A stretch of DNA of 63,388 nucleotides, filler included, from Octopus bimaculoides (Eukaryota): NCBI RefSeq assembly GCF_001194135.2. It is 12 parts of 10 records of this genome, joined end to end, with 100 filler letters (N's around TTAATTAATTAA, not from the genome) between each part and the next. Parts side by side here need not be neighbours in the genome. Positions count along the whole stretch, not along the records: positions 4,765 to 17,070 come from NC_068989.1; positions 17,171 to 19,444 come from NW_026417945.1; positions 19,545 to 22,849 come from NW_026385108.1; positions 22,950 to 28,204 come from NC_068986.1; 8 more parts are not named here. The stretch is one strand, 5' to 3'. Below the pieces are notes generated by a model. It did not search any database, was not told where the DNA came from, and saw only the letters and a program-made list of their open reading frames with translations. The stretch's first letter is position 1; each line of letters begins with the position of its first letter. Positions 12,480 through 24,019 of the stretch are shown one piece after another. A program made the position numbers and the translations under genes.

Positions 12480-15075
12480 TTCAAGAGTTCGCGTCTTTGA
12501 TCCAAAGCGTTATTGTCCTGGAATAAAATATAGAATTTTTCCAAAAGACATAAATTGCATTAGATGGGTCTTTTATGCGCACCGTGTCTGTAAGGTGATG
12601 CTTTATCTAAAATTCTCCATGTTACGTTGAAAGGGCGGGTTTCATTTTCTTTTAATTCCCAGACGTACTTTGCCAGGCTGGACTTTGTCCTATTTTCGGG
12701 ATATCGGAAGGAATTTCTATGAGAATAAAATCGGGTCTTGAAAGAATTTTCAGAAGCCCCTGCGTAAGTTCTATATTCATGTGAGCCTTCTATTTGCATT
12801 TTGGCTCTATACGCAATTCCTTTCTCCAGACATTTTCCTTCCAACAGACAGGAGATTCCATCTTTGCAATTGCAATTCTTTGGAAAAGAATCGGCACTGT
12901 GTTTATTTGCAATTATCTTATTGTTGTGTTGGTTAATGAAAGAGGCGAAGTTTTTGCAACAAGAAGAGCTGACCTTAAGCGTTCTTCTATTAAATATTCT
13001 TATGGTTAGGTTGAAAATGTCTAGAGATTAATTTTAAGAATTCCCTAGGATCTATTTTAAAACGGGGGTGCCAGTTTTCATTTATGTTTTATGTAGTGTT
13101 TTTGGTACGGAAAGACTTTCAAACTTCGTATACTTATCTATTTTGTGTTATAGAACAGAAAAATATTTTTGTATTCGAATTTATTTCATGTAAANNNNNN
13201 NNNNNNNNNNNNNNNNNNNNNNNNNNNNNNNNNNNNNNNNNNNNNNNNNNNNNNNNNNNNNNNNNNNNNNNNNNNNCATAGATACGCACAGCGTAATTTA
13301 TTATATAAACAATATATGCGTATAAATTACGATTAAACCGGATGAAATATGTCACAGGGAATAACATTTTTATGACCGCCCAGCAGTAACTCTATTGTGT
13401 TGAATAGACGTCAGTGATTGGTTGAAATTACAGAAATATGACAACTTTAACATGGAATAACTTGCGAATTCCTTTTTTTTTGTTAAGAAGACTAAGAGTA
13501 AAAGATGTTTTATATGACACATTCTACCAGTGTCCCAAGTTTCAAAGTGTTTCGTTAGTGTTTCGTTAAGAAAATACTGGCGCCCCCGTTTTAAAATAGA
13601 TCCATTCCCTACCTATATTTTTACAGCCATATTAAAAGCTGGGTTGAACCACAAAACCCTCCTAGTCCTAGTTCTACGTGTTGCATTCCTGCTAGCATTA
13701 AGTTGGTTATACAGGATCTTCTCAGAAAATCCACTATTCCTTAATGCGGTAATAAGGCGCAGCATTTTGAAATGCTGTCTCATCCGAAGAAACTGACGAT
13801 ATTTGTCTACCTACATTACTGACTAAGTTCCTAAAAATAACTGGCGGACGATTGGATTCTTAGCTAATATAAGATAGCTTATCATTAGGCTTACGGTAAG
13901 GTTTGAATTTATCTGACTGTAAATCTAAATTTATATCTAAGAAATCTACACTTTTAAGGTTAGTATCTATCATAATCCGTAAGCCCATCCTTTGGAAGAA
14001 AGCAATTAGATCCTTCCTAAGCTTATCTAGTTCATGGCCATTTAAATTATGGATGACCGTCATCCCTATATAATCTTGCATCTATAAACAGGAATTCTAG
14101 CTTTAGATTATACAAAATATAAGCTCTTATGAGCACACATAACTTAGCCCCGTCATATGCCCCCATCGGTACATCGAAAAGAGAATCCTCACTCTTTTTG
14201 ACCCAGGTGGAATCCTTGTAAAAAAGAAGTGATTTTCTCGCATGTATGATAATGTCTATTCCCGAATTATCGATGTTGACATAATTGTCTAATGCTTTTA
14301 AAAGCAAAGGCCAGGATATTGATGGGTAAAAGTCAACAATATCAAACTGTGTAAATTTGTAGTTATACTTAAAGCTAATCCCTTTAAACCAATCTATTAC
14401 TGACTTGCTATTTTCCCAAATCCCTAAATTTAATTCACTATCTAACTTACGATCTAAAATGTATTTGCTAATAATACCTATTTCAGTTTTAGTCGGACTA
14501 ATCAATCTGCATTTAGGGTTTCTATTAAAATCAGCTTTATGGTCTTTTAGAGTAATAAAAGGGGGCGTGGGGGAAGATATTCTATCCTATCACTAATTTT
14601 AAGATTGTTAGCTATTCTTCTTGCCTCCAAATTCACCTCTTTGTATAAATTTGTGCTATCTTTTTTTGTATGTATCTGTGATGCTATTCAAAATTAGACG
14701 CTTGTAAATGTCCTTATCAACCACATATAAGTTTTTTGTCTTATCAGAGTTAATGAAGATCTTATTCGAGTTGTTAATTTCTCTAATTTTTCCCTTCATA
14801 CTTCTCTGTAGTTGGTTACTGTATTTACGGAATCTAATTTTTCTGATGAGTTCGAAAAGGTCTGTTTCGAGGGCTTCTAATTCTGGAATAGGTGGTGGGT
14901 TCCTGGAAGATTTAAATCCGTATTTGTTTCCGTTAGTTTTCTGTTTAGTATCAAAGAAGAAGGCTTTCCATCTCAATCTTCGAATAAACTCTTCCCTTTT
15001 TTCTATAAGACTTTTGAGTTTCTGTGTAGGGATAGGTATATTTTCTAGAGAAAAATTCAATGGGTAAAGTTCCAT
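12480..15075 (-). pseudogene. Disrupted PLE polyprotein (reverse transcriptase plus GIY-YIG endonuclease)
   Basis: ORFs 14656-15075, 14047-14505, 13860-14081 and 12560-12844 are collinear pieces broken by frameshifts, a TAA stop and the 13048-13603 insertion. Confidence 0.92.
13048..13603. mobile_element. Non-autonomous DNA transposon with 28-bp TIRs and 8-bp TSD (Merlin-like; hAT not excluded), nested in the PLE
   Basis: TIRs GGATCTATTTTAAAACGGGGGTGCCAGT and ACTGGCGCCCCCGTTTTAAAATAGATCC (1 mismatch). TSD ATTCCCTA at 13040-13047 and 13604-13611. Removing it rejoins the PLE peptide NIGREFLKLISRHF. Confidence 0.88.
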
Positions 15076-15242
15076 CTTTTTCAGCTGTTTCTTTTTCCTA
15101 CTTGTGTAGAGTCACTCGAACTTTCTAAAAAAGGTGGGGTTACACCAGAGTAAGCACATAAATGTGAAACAAGGTGGAAAAAGAGTACTCAAATACCAGA
15201 GGTATAGTGATATGCTTTATTTAAAAGCAGCAGAAATATAAC

Positions 15243-15290
15243 AAAAACTGTTACTCAGAGTTTCACGTTCCCATTCGTCGGACAATTTTT
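15243..15290 (-). ncRNA. Hammerhead ribozyme motif in the 5' pseudo-LTR, CCGACGA core, GUA triplet
   Basis: AAAAATTGT-CCGACGA-ATG(GGAA)CGT-GAAAC-TCTGA-GTA-ACAGTTTTT. Stem I has 9 bp including one GU. Stem II has 3 bp with a GNRA loop. Confidence 0.8.
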
Positions 15291-15900
15291 TAAAAATGGA
15301 ACAGAAATGAGGATATAATCAAAACTAGTTAAAGGATACACCTTTAAAAATGGATTTGCTTCATTGGTCCTTTCAACTAACGGTCTTAAGCATGCAATGA
15401 ACAATATAAAAAAATATAAATTCATCCTATTGTAAAATCGAAGAAAACCTTAAATCGAAAAGTAGATTCAAAATACATATTGTAAATAATTTCACACTGC
15501 ATTACATAAATATTTTACATGAAATGTGCCTATGGGTATGTTTGTACGTAAATATATATATATATATANNNNNNNNNNNNNNNNNNNNNNNNNNNNNNNN
15601 NNNNNNNNNNNNNNNNNNNNNNNNNNNNNNNNNNNNNNATTCCACATTTATATACCTTTTCTTTCCTACAAAATTACAATACCTTTAAGGTAGATTGATT
15701 ATTTGAATTCCACTATCATTCATCTTTTGATAATTTTCTCTTTCTTCTGTTTATACTTTATCTAATAAGAATAATATAATACAACTAATAATAATAATTG
15801 ATTCCGTTGTATGCATATATATATATATATATAAAATTCTTTTTCAGAATGAGATAAAAAACCAAGGCTGTGAAGATTTTAGAACATTTATAAATAGAAG

Positions 15901-15948
15901 GTCTTACAGCTGTTTCCAGGATATTTATTATATCCCTTCATTGGAGAC
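15901..15948 (-). ncRNA. Hammerhead motif, left arm (core CCAATGA, loop III AGCT)
   Basis: GTCT-CCAATGA-A-GGGATAT(AATAA)ATATCCT-G-GAAAC-AGCT-GTA-AGAC. G5 is mutated in this copy. Confidence 0.65.
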
Positions 15949-16275
15949 GGTGTGAGAGAATGGTTAAGCAATAGTTCATTTAGATAAGATACGAAATAGA
16001 GAGTGAAGTGGAGGAAGGAAAATAGATGTGAGATATGCAGAGATATTGCATTTGTAGATCCATTCTCTAGGCAGAATGATATACATATAAGATTCCAATA
16101 CCTTGTGAGAGGTATCTTACATGTATTGGAATCTTATATGTATACCATTCTGCCTAAAGAATGGATCTACAAATGCAATATCCCTGCATATCTCACATCT
16201 ATTTTCGTTCCTCCAATTCACTCTCTATTTCCTATCTTATCTAAATTAACTATTGCTTAACCATCCTCTCAGACC

Positions 16276-16323
16276 GTCTCCGATGAAGGGATATAATAAA
16301 TATCCTGGAAACAGCAGTAAGAC
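16276..16323 (+). ncRNA. Hammerhead motif, right arm (core CCGATGA, GUA triplet)
   Basis: GTCT-CCGATGA-A-GGGATAT(AATAA)ATATCCT-G-GAAAC-AGCA-GTA-AGAC. Stem I has 4 bp and stem II 7 bp. Confidence 0.75.
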
Positions 16324-16663
16324 CTTCTATTTATAAATGTTCTATATTATACACAGTCTTCGTTTTTCATCTCATTCTGAAAAATTTTTTTTTTTATATA
16401 CACATGCTGATATATGACCTATGTTGGATTCCTTATTCGCATAATCATAGAACCTGGAGCTATGGTCTATCCATAGCACTTGCTCAGCATTACCTGATAC
16501 TTTTGGATCTTACTGACACCATTACCTCTCATAATCTCTATACATATATATATAAATATATGGATATGTATTTATGTATAATTATGTATATATATGTATG
16601 TGTAAAAGTGTGTATATATGTATGTATTTATATTTATAACTTAACCTTATTTACTTTCTAAAC

Positions 16664-16785
16664 TCTCTGACGAAGCCCAGAGGCACATCCAAGTACCTTC
16701 ATTTTATCAACCAAATTCTTCAGTTCACTGAAGGGATGGAAGTAAAGTGGGGTACTCTGACCTCTTGGTTGAAACAGCTGTAAGA
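16664..16785 (+). ncRNA. Hammerhead motif with canonical core and a 97-nt extended stem II
   Basis: TCT-CTGACGA-[16674-16770]-GAAAC-AGCT-GTA-AGA. The insert pairs AGCCCAGAGG/CCTCTTGGTT (9 of 10), AGTACCTTCATTTTA/TAAAGTGGGGTACT (14 bp, one bulge) and CTTCAG(TTCA)CTGAAG. Confidence 0.72.
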
Positions 16786-17744
16786 AACAATTCTACTTTC
16801 CATGTTCTACGTTATATATTTTAATAATTACTAGTATTTTTATATATGTAAAGCATAATCTTTTATACATGTATGTATATTATTATAATTGTTTTTTGCT
16901 AAAAATAAATAAATAGACATAATATAATGTCTAAAATTTGATGAATACCACCTCTTGATCCCCTCCATTTTCTTATTGCCGTATAAATTAAGAATAAAAC
17001 AACTTTTTACCCTCACCCATTTATTACATTCAGTAGTGTAATTGCCATGCAATAAAAAACATGATGTATANNNNNNNNNNNNNNNNNNNNNNNNNNNNNN
17101 NNNNNNNNNNNNNNTTAATTAATTAANNNNNNNNNNNNNNNNNNNNNNNNNNNNNNNNNNNNNNNNNNNNCTCTCTCTCTCACTCTGTCTCACCTCATAC
17201 ACCTAAACCCCTCAACCACACACATTTTGCTCAGCTAACCTGTCCTGGTTAATGTTATAAACTGAACATCAGTATGTGACGTAACCAACATGATCGTTAC
17301 ATCTGCTAGAAATACCAGTAAAACCTCCCTCAAATCACCCCACCTCTTTGCATCATACTAGAAAGAACATGCTCCTAGGCATAAGATACACATAGAATGG
17401 TTATGGCTGATCCAGGTTTGATTACCTCCCACTTCTCTGTGACCTAGTTAATGTTTTAGTAGGTCGTGTCACACTGTTTATTGTTCGATTTGATTTGGAT
17501 TGTTTGGAAATTATGAATGAATGTCACAACCCCACCTTCCTTCAAAAGCCCCTGTCTGAAACTGAAACCATAGGACACCTCTAGCCAGACATGTAACCAT
17601 GCAACCAGGGACATCTCAGCCATGTTTTAGGCCCCCAAGCAACTTAATCAACCAAGCCCTATGACATTTATTTCTCGACTGCAACTCACAGTATACATGG
17701 ATCAAAATGTGACCCTTAGACCCGTGAGACCTCTGGACAAATGT

Positions 17745-18890
17745 CATTAGACTGTGGCCATGCTGTAGTGCTGCCTTGAAAGATTTTTAGTTNNNNNNNN
17801 NNNNNNNNNNNNNNNNNNNNNNNNNNNNNNNNNNNNNNNNNNNNNNNNNNNNNNNNNNNNNNNNNNNNNNNNNNNNNNNNNNNNNNNNNNNNNNNNNNNN
17901 NNNNNNNNNNNNNNNNNNNNNNNNNNNNNNNNNNNNNNNNNNNNNNNNNNNNNNNNNNNNNNNNNNNNNNNNNNNNNNNNNNNNNNNNNNNNNNNNNNNN
18001 NNNNNNNNNNNNNNNNNNNNNNNNNNNNNNNNNNNNNNNNNNNNNNNNNNNNNNNNNNNNNNNNNNNNNNNNNNNNNNNNNNNNNNNNNNNNNNNNNNNN
18101 NNNNNNNNNNNNNNNNNNNNNNNNNNNNNNNNNNNNNNNNNNNNNNNNNNNNNNNNNNNNNNNNNNNNNNNNNNNNNNNNNNNNNNNNNNNNNNNNNNNN
18201 NNNNNNNNNNNNNNNNNNNNNNNNNNNNNNNNNNNNNNNNNNNNNNNNNNNNNNNNNNNNNNNNNNNNNNNNNNNNNNNNNNNNNNNNNNNNNNNNNNNN
18301 NNNNNNNNNNNNNNNNNNNNNNNNNNNNNNNNNNNNNNNNNNNNNNNNNNNNNNNNNNNNNNNNNNNNNNNNNNNNNNNNNNNNNNNNNNNNNNNNNNNN
18401 NNNNNNNNNNNNNNNNNNNNNNNNNNNNNNNNNNNNNNNNNNNNNNNNNNNNNNNNNNNNNNNNNNNNNNNNNNNNNNNNNNNNNNNNNNNNNNNNNNNN
18501 NNNNNNNNNNNNNNNNNNNNNNNNNNNNNNNNNNNNNNNNNNNNNNNNNNNNNNNNNNNNNNNNNNNNNNNNNNNNNNNNNNNNNNNNNNNNNNNNNNNN
18601 NNNNNNNNNNNNNNNNNNNNNNNNNNNNNNNNNNNNNNNNNNNNCAGAGAGTGTAGTATATATATATATATATATATATACACGTATGTACATATAGATA
18701 TACATATATGTGTATGTATATATATATATACACACAAACACACAATGGGCTTCTTTCAGTTTTCCTCTATCAAATCCACTCTCAAGGCTTTGGTCAGCTC
18801 CAGACATTTGTCCAAGATGACACACACTGGGACTGAACCTGAAATCACGTGTGGATCAGAAACAAGCTTCTTACCACTCAGCCGTGCTTA
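17745..18890 (-). mobile_element. SINE family A, degenerate, split by an assembly gap
   Basis: Tail at 17745-17790 and head at 18740-18890. Confidence 0.65.
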
Positions 18891-19134
18891 CAAATGCCGT
18901 GTGAATATGTCAAATGTGTTGGCTGTCAGTAATTACACATAGATTTCTTTGTGTGCAGACGTATCTATGCATTATGTGTGCATGTGGTTCCACTTATATT
19001 TGTTGTTGTGTGCAACCTCATGCATATATATATACATGTTTACATGCAGCTTCAAACGAGACACTCGTTAGTTACATCGTTTAATATGATAATAATGAGC
19101 AACGCGTATTCTAGATTAAACAATGTAAGATAAT

Positions 19135-19290
19135 CTTTGCTTTAGCTGATATTGTTGTCTGAGAAATGTACAGATGTTGATCATTCTTCTGGTGAATGAC
19201 CAAATTCCGACTGAGAGATAACTTTCCGAAAGTTCTTTCTGGCATCGGCATTGTTATCGGTTAATGAGTATCCTTCTTAAGGTTGCATTT
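19135..19290 (-). mobile_element. Possible RTE-clade RT fragment
   Basis: Minus peptide RRILINR*..KELSES..GI..FTRR...CTFLRQ weakly resembles IL.NRL..LPESQCGFR..RS..DMIF.LRQ. Confidence 0.3.
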
Positions 19291-19714
19291 CTTTTTTGTT
19301 TTTTTTGTTTTTCTTGTTTTGCTTCACCTTTTCCAAAGAATTCTGTCCTTGACACAGCATTAGTAAATCAAAAAATAGCAAGTATTTCTTAAGATTATGC
19401 ATATAATAATACTTCTTCAGATGAAGAAGTATTGTGTGTGTGTGNNNNNNNNNNNNNNNNNNNNNNNNNNNNNNNNNNNNNNNNNNNNTTAATTAATTAA
19501 NNNNNNNNNNNNNNNNNNNNNNNNNNNNNNNNNNNNNNNNNNNNTATATATATATACACACTATATAACAGCCCACTAACTATTCTACCTGTGCACAAAT
19601 ATAAACTGTGGGTATGATTATCTACTATGTATATTTCCTATTTAGTACTGAGAATATTTCATTTATGAGGACATACTCCTGTATTTGTCTGAGTGTTGAG
19701 TCAACTGCATGTAA

Positions 19715-20012
19715 TCTTGAGCAAATGTCTTCAACTTAAGCCTGAGATCGACCAACGCCTTGTAAGTGAATTTGGTTGATGGAAACTATGTGGAAGCTCA
19801 CTGTATATATGTGTGTGTGTTTGTGATTATGTGTGTCTTTGAGTTTGTGTTTGTCCCCCACCCCTACCATTGCTTGATAACCAATGCTGGTTTGTCCGTG
19901 TTTCCCATTACTTAGCAGTTTGACAATAGACCCAATGGAATAAGTACAGGGGCCAACTTGTTCAACTAAACCTTTCAAGACATGGCTGCAAGTCCAGTGA
20001 ATGAAACAAATA
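19715..20012 (+). mobile_element. SINE family A, degenerate
   Basis: CTTGAGCAAATGTCTTC core and TTGCTTGATAACCAATGCTGG body. Confidence 0.75.
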
Positions 20013-21569
20013 AATGATGAAAGATAAGGAAGATAATGTTGCATCATTGATGTCTGTGATTTGGATTTGCCAATGACCTGATACTCGCAATATTCTCTGT
20101 TAAGTCCTCTTAAGCCATGTTTTACTGAGAGTCATTTGTTTGTTTTTTTGGTTTTATTTCAGCCAGAATATAAAAAAAGTAAGGGAAAAGTATCAGCTGT
20201 CATCAAAGATTAGCTTTATTCATGATACAAATTTACAGTATCACTATAAATACTGATAGCACACACTCACACACATAAACACATGTGTATGCATATGTGT
20301 GTATATGTGTGTGTTTGAGTATGCTTGTGTGCATGTGTTTGTGTGTGTGTGTATGCGTATGCGTGTGTGTCCAGGTCATAATGTTGTAGATCATAACTTA
20401 ATCTCATAACATATCATCCGGTATATTTTCATTCAGCGATGTCAAATNNNNNNNNNNNNNNNNNNNNNNNNNNNNNNNNNNNNNNNNNNNNNNNNNNNNN
20501 NNNNNNNNNNNNNNNNNNNNNNNNNNNNNNNNNNNNNNNNNNNNNNNNNNNNNNNNNNNNNNNNNNNNNNNNNNNNNNNNNNNNNNNNNNNNNNNNNNNN
20601 NNNNNNNNNNNNNNNNNNNNNNNNNNNNNNNNNNNNNNNNNNNNNNNNNNNNNNNNNNNNNNNNNNNNNNNNNNNNNNNNNNNNNNNNNNNNNNNNNNNN
20701 NNNNNNNNNNNNNNNNNNNNNNNNNNNNNNNNNNNNNNNNNNNNNNNNNNNNNNNNNNNNNNNNNNNNNNNNNNNNNNNNNNNNNNNNNNNNNNNNNNNN
20801 NNNNNNNNNNNNNNNNNNNNNNNNNNNNNNNNNNNNNNNNNNNNNNNNNNNNNNNNNNNNNNNNNNNNNNNNNNNNNNNNNNNNNNNNNNNNNNNNNNNN
20901 NNNNNNNNNNNNNNNNNNNNNNNNNNNNNNNNNNNNNNNNNNNNNNNNNNNNNNNNNNNNNNNNNNNNNNNNNNNNNNNNNNNNNNNNNNNNNNNNNNNN
21001 NNNNNNNNNNNNNNNNNNNNNNNNNNNNNNNNNNNNNNNNNNNNNNNNNNNNNNNNNNNNNNNNNNNNNNNNNNNNNNNNNNNNNNNNNNNNNNNNNNNN
21101 NNNNNNNNNNNNNNNNNNNNNNNNNNNNNNNGTTTACAGACTACGAAAAGCAGTCAGTTATCTCTCAAATCACACCCTAATCTTCTTAACCAAAATTAAC
21201 AATAATATTAACCTTTTAGTATTTAGATTATTCTACCAAATGTGATGCTTATTTATTCACCTATTATTGAGTTAATCCTGCATTATCTCGTAGCTGTGAG
21301 ATTTCTGTGATATGAATCTTTACTTTGGGAATGATATTGTGGGTTAGGTTTAAGAGGCTGGATCTGAATGCTTTTGAACATAAAATTGGTCAAATATTTA
21401 GGGTGGAAATGGCTACTTTGAATGCTAAAACGTTAAACAATGTAGTCCAAGAAAAACTCTTTGATCATAAGATTGCTCAGTCAGGGCAATAATAACATCT
21501 CCAGTAGGCTGGACAGTAAAGTTGATCACTGCAGGATTTGAACTCAGTTCTCTTCAATATGATTAAATC

Positions 21570-21841
21570 TTTTTTAATTGTTTCAGTGATTGAACTGCAG
21601 CCAAGCTGGGGCACTGCCTTGTAAGGTTTTAGACAAATAAATTGACCCCGGTGATTATTTTTAAGTCTGGTACTTATCTTTTATTTATTAGCCCTTTGGT
21701 GAACTACTAAGTCACAGGCCTGCAAACATAGTAGCATCAGCAGTCAAGTGGTATGTGGGAGGTATACACAGACACAAAGACACACATACATATGCATACA
21801 NNNNNNNNNNTATGCATACATACATACATTTATATGCACAC

Positions 21842-21885
<44 letters not shown>

Positions 21886-22040
21886 GTGTTTGTGTGTGCG
21901 CAATATGCTTTCTGTCAACCAAATTCACTCACAAAGCATTTGTCAGCCAAGGCTATTTTAAAAAAACACTTACCCTAGGATACCACACAAAAGTACTGAA
22001 TCCAAAATCATGTGTTCCTAAAGAGATCTTCTTAACCACA
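21570..22040 (-). mobile_element. SINE family A, degenerate
   Basis: Reverse-strand remnants of the tail, body and head. Confidence 0.65.
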
Positions 22041-22461
22041 GCCAGAATCGACATACAACACTAAAATTCAATAAAATTTTGTATAAATCTTCCAACAGAG
22101 CATCATTTTCCTTTTAGCTTACCATACAATATTATATTGCTCAACATTCACATTAATTTTCTTCCTTATATAGCAGAATATACTGTGTATTCTACCTTTA
22201 TATACACCCACACCTGTAGAATTGTACCTACCTTCCTGCTTATCTTCTTTCACACATTTATATTTACAGAGAAGACAAGCTTTTTTTTTCTGATGTTCAA
22301 GGTTTCATACAAAGAAGAGAACCTGAAAGCATATATTAGACAAACATTTAAGCCTTGAACAGACAAACACAGGAAAGCACGCATACTCCTCACACATATA
22401 TAAAAGTTCATATATATTTGCATATACGTACACACACACATTATATTTCTATTCACATGTA

Positions 22462-22495
<34 letters not shown>

Positions 22496-22538
22496 AATAG
22501 ACAGACAGGCAGAGAAATAAGTAAAGAAATAACAGAGA

Positions 22539-22616
<78 letters not shown>

Positions 22617-22949
22617 CAACTATTCAGATACACAGATAAATTCACAGACCGACATATAGTGAATAGGAAATCTGGTAAGGTAAAGATTATAGTTAAACCA
22701 AAGTTTAAGAACAGGAAACAGAAATACCAATAATATACATAAAACCATACATGTATGAATGTATGTATGCATGTATGTATGTATGTATGTATGTATGTAT
22801 GTATGTATGTATGTATGTATGTCTGCATGTATATATGCATGCTTGCATGNNNNNNNNNNNNNNNNNNNNNNNNNNNNNNNNNNNNNNNNNNNNTTAATTA
22901 ATTAANNNNNNNNNNNNNNNNNNNNNNNNNNNNNNNNNNNNNNNNNNNN

Positions 22950-23176
22950 TGTGTGTGTGTGTGTGTGTGTGTATGTTTGTGTGTCTGTGTTTGTCCCCCC
23001 AACATCGCTTGACAACCGATGCTGGTGTGTTTACGTCCCCGTAACCTAGCGGTTCGGCAAAAAGAGACCGATAGAATAAGTACTAGGCTTACAAAGAATA
23101 AGTCCTGGGGTCGATTTGCTCGACTAAAGGCGGTGCTCCAGCATGGCTGCGGTGAAATGACTGAAACAAGTAAAAG
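22950..23176 (+). mobile_element. SINE family A, 3' half
   Basis: CCCCCCAACATCGCTTGACAACCGATGCTGG...GACTGAAACAAGTAAAAGAG. Confidence 0.9.
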
Positions 23177-24019
23177 AGTATATTTTCGAAGGAAAAAAAA
23201 AAATAAGAAATTAAAAATGAAGATAGGGTGCACCTTTCGGCATTGAAATAGGATATCAAGAGTGATCTCCCTTCTTTTGTGAACGCCTACAATCTGCATT
23301 TAATCTGAATTGTTATAACGGTGCGAAAGTGTATGAAGGCCATTTAGACTAGATTGCCACGGCTGGAGCGGGATGGTAACTTTTGCAACTTTTTAAAAAA
23401 ACATGATGGTCTCGGTTGGAACCGTTAAAGAAAACCAGACTTATCGAAATAACATATTTTCAAGCACCCGCGCATATGAATTGGACTTGTTATCTCCCAT
23501 TCTAAAACTACTTTCAGAAAATTTAATAATTTCTGATTTAGATGTAAGGTCAGCACTTTTGAGGAAAGAAAATTGCCGATACCATTAATACCATCGATTC
23601 CAGTACTTGACTGGTACTTTATCTGGTGAACCCCGGAGAGGTTAAATGCAAATTAGATCACAGCAGAATTCGAACGTTAAAAGCCTGAATAAATACTGCT
23701 TACTATTTTTTTTTCCGCAATGCTTTCATGATTCGGCCAATCCACCACTCCTTTCGAAAAAGTAATTGTCAGAACCAAGTGTGGCCTTCTACTTTGTACT
23801 GAACAGTATATGAAGAGTGATCGCCCTTGTGATACGAAATCTTAAGTGAACCAAAATTCGGGATTATTGTAATTATGATAATGAAATTATTGTGTATAAT
23901 GCTCAGGTGCACTATAACTCATCAAAGGTGCATGTATCATCACTGACAACAATTATTAACCAGTCAGGCATATTGTTGTTCTTCAATGCAGTATGCCATT
24001 CAGCTATATCTTCTCGTAC

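Larger units (their letters stand above)
10427..15519 (-). mobile_element. Near full-length Naiad-type Penelope-like retroelement (RT plus C-terminal GIY-YIG), decayed
   Basis: Minus-strand ORF pieces from ATG at 15075 to about 12480: LRWKAFFF, ITLKDHK..CRLISPTK.EIG.ISK, FDIVDFYPSI, MGAYDGA, YRDDG, DFLDINLDL..YRKPND, WFNP, LKVS.SC, CNC..C..EGKCL, YAGASENSFKTRFYSH, CRH. Terminal direct repeats of about 300 bp at 10427-10779 and 15215-15519. That both repeats belong to one insertion is inferred. Confidence 0.9.
15841..16383. repeat. 543-bp palindrome (261-bp arms, 21-nt spacer) carrying one hammerhead motif per arm
   Basis: 15841-16101 is the near-exact reverse complement of 16123-16383. The spacer itself forms TGTGAGA/TCTTACA. 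Bordered by TA-rich and T-rich tracts. Confidence 0.93.

Noticed and set aside
12480-15075. Selenocysteine recoding in the Naiad ORF (reported for some Naiads)
   Set aside because: The linker cysteines read TGC/TGT (KNCNCKDGISC..GKC). The breaks I traced are a TAA stop and frameshifts, not in-frame TGA.
19408-19433. Perfect 12-bp inverted repeat AATACTTCTTCA-GA-TGAAGAAGTATT
   Set aside because: Short, AT-rich and adjacent to a gap, with no supporting context.
23805-23850. Hammerhead-like ATGAAGA-GTGATCGC(CCTT)GTGATAC-GAAAT
   Set aside because: C3 is lost, stem II needs a bulge, and there is no convincing stem III or stem I.
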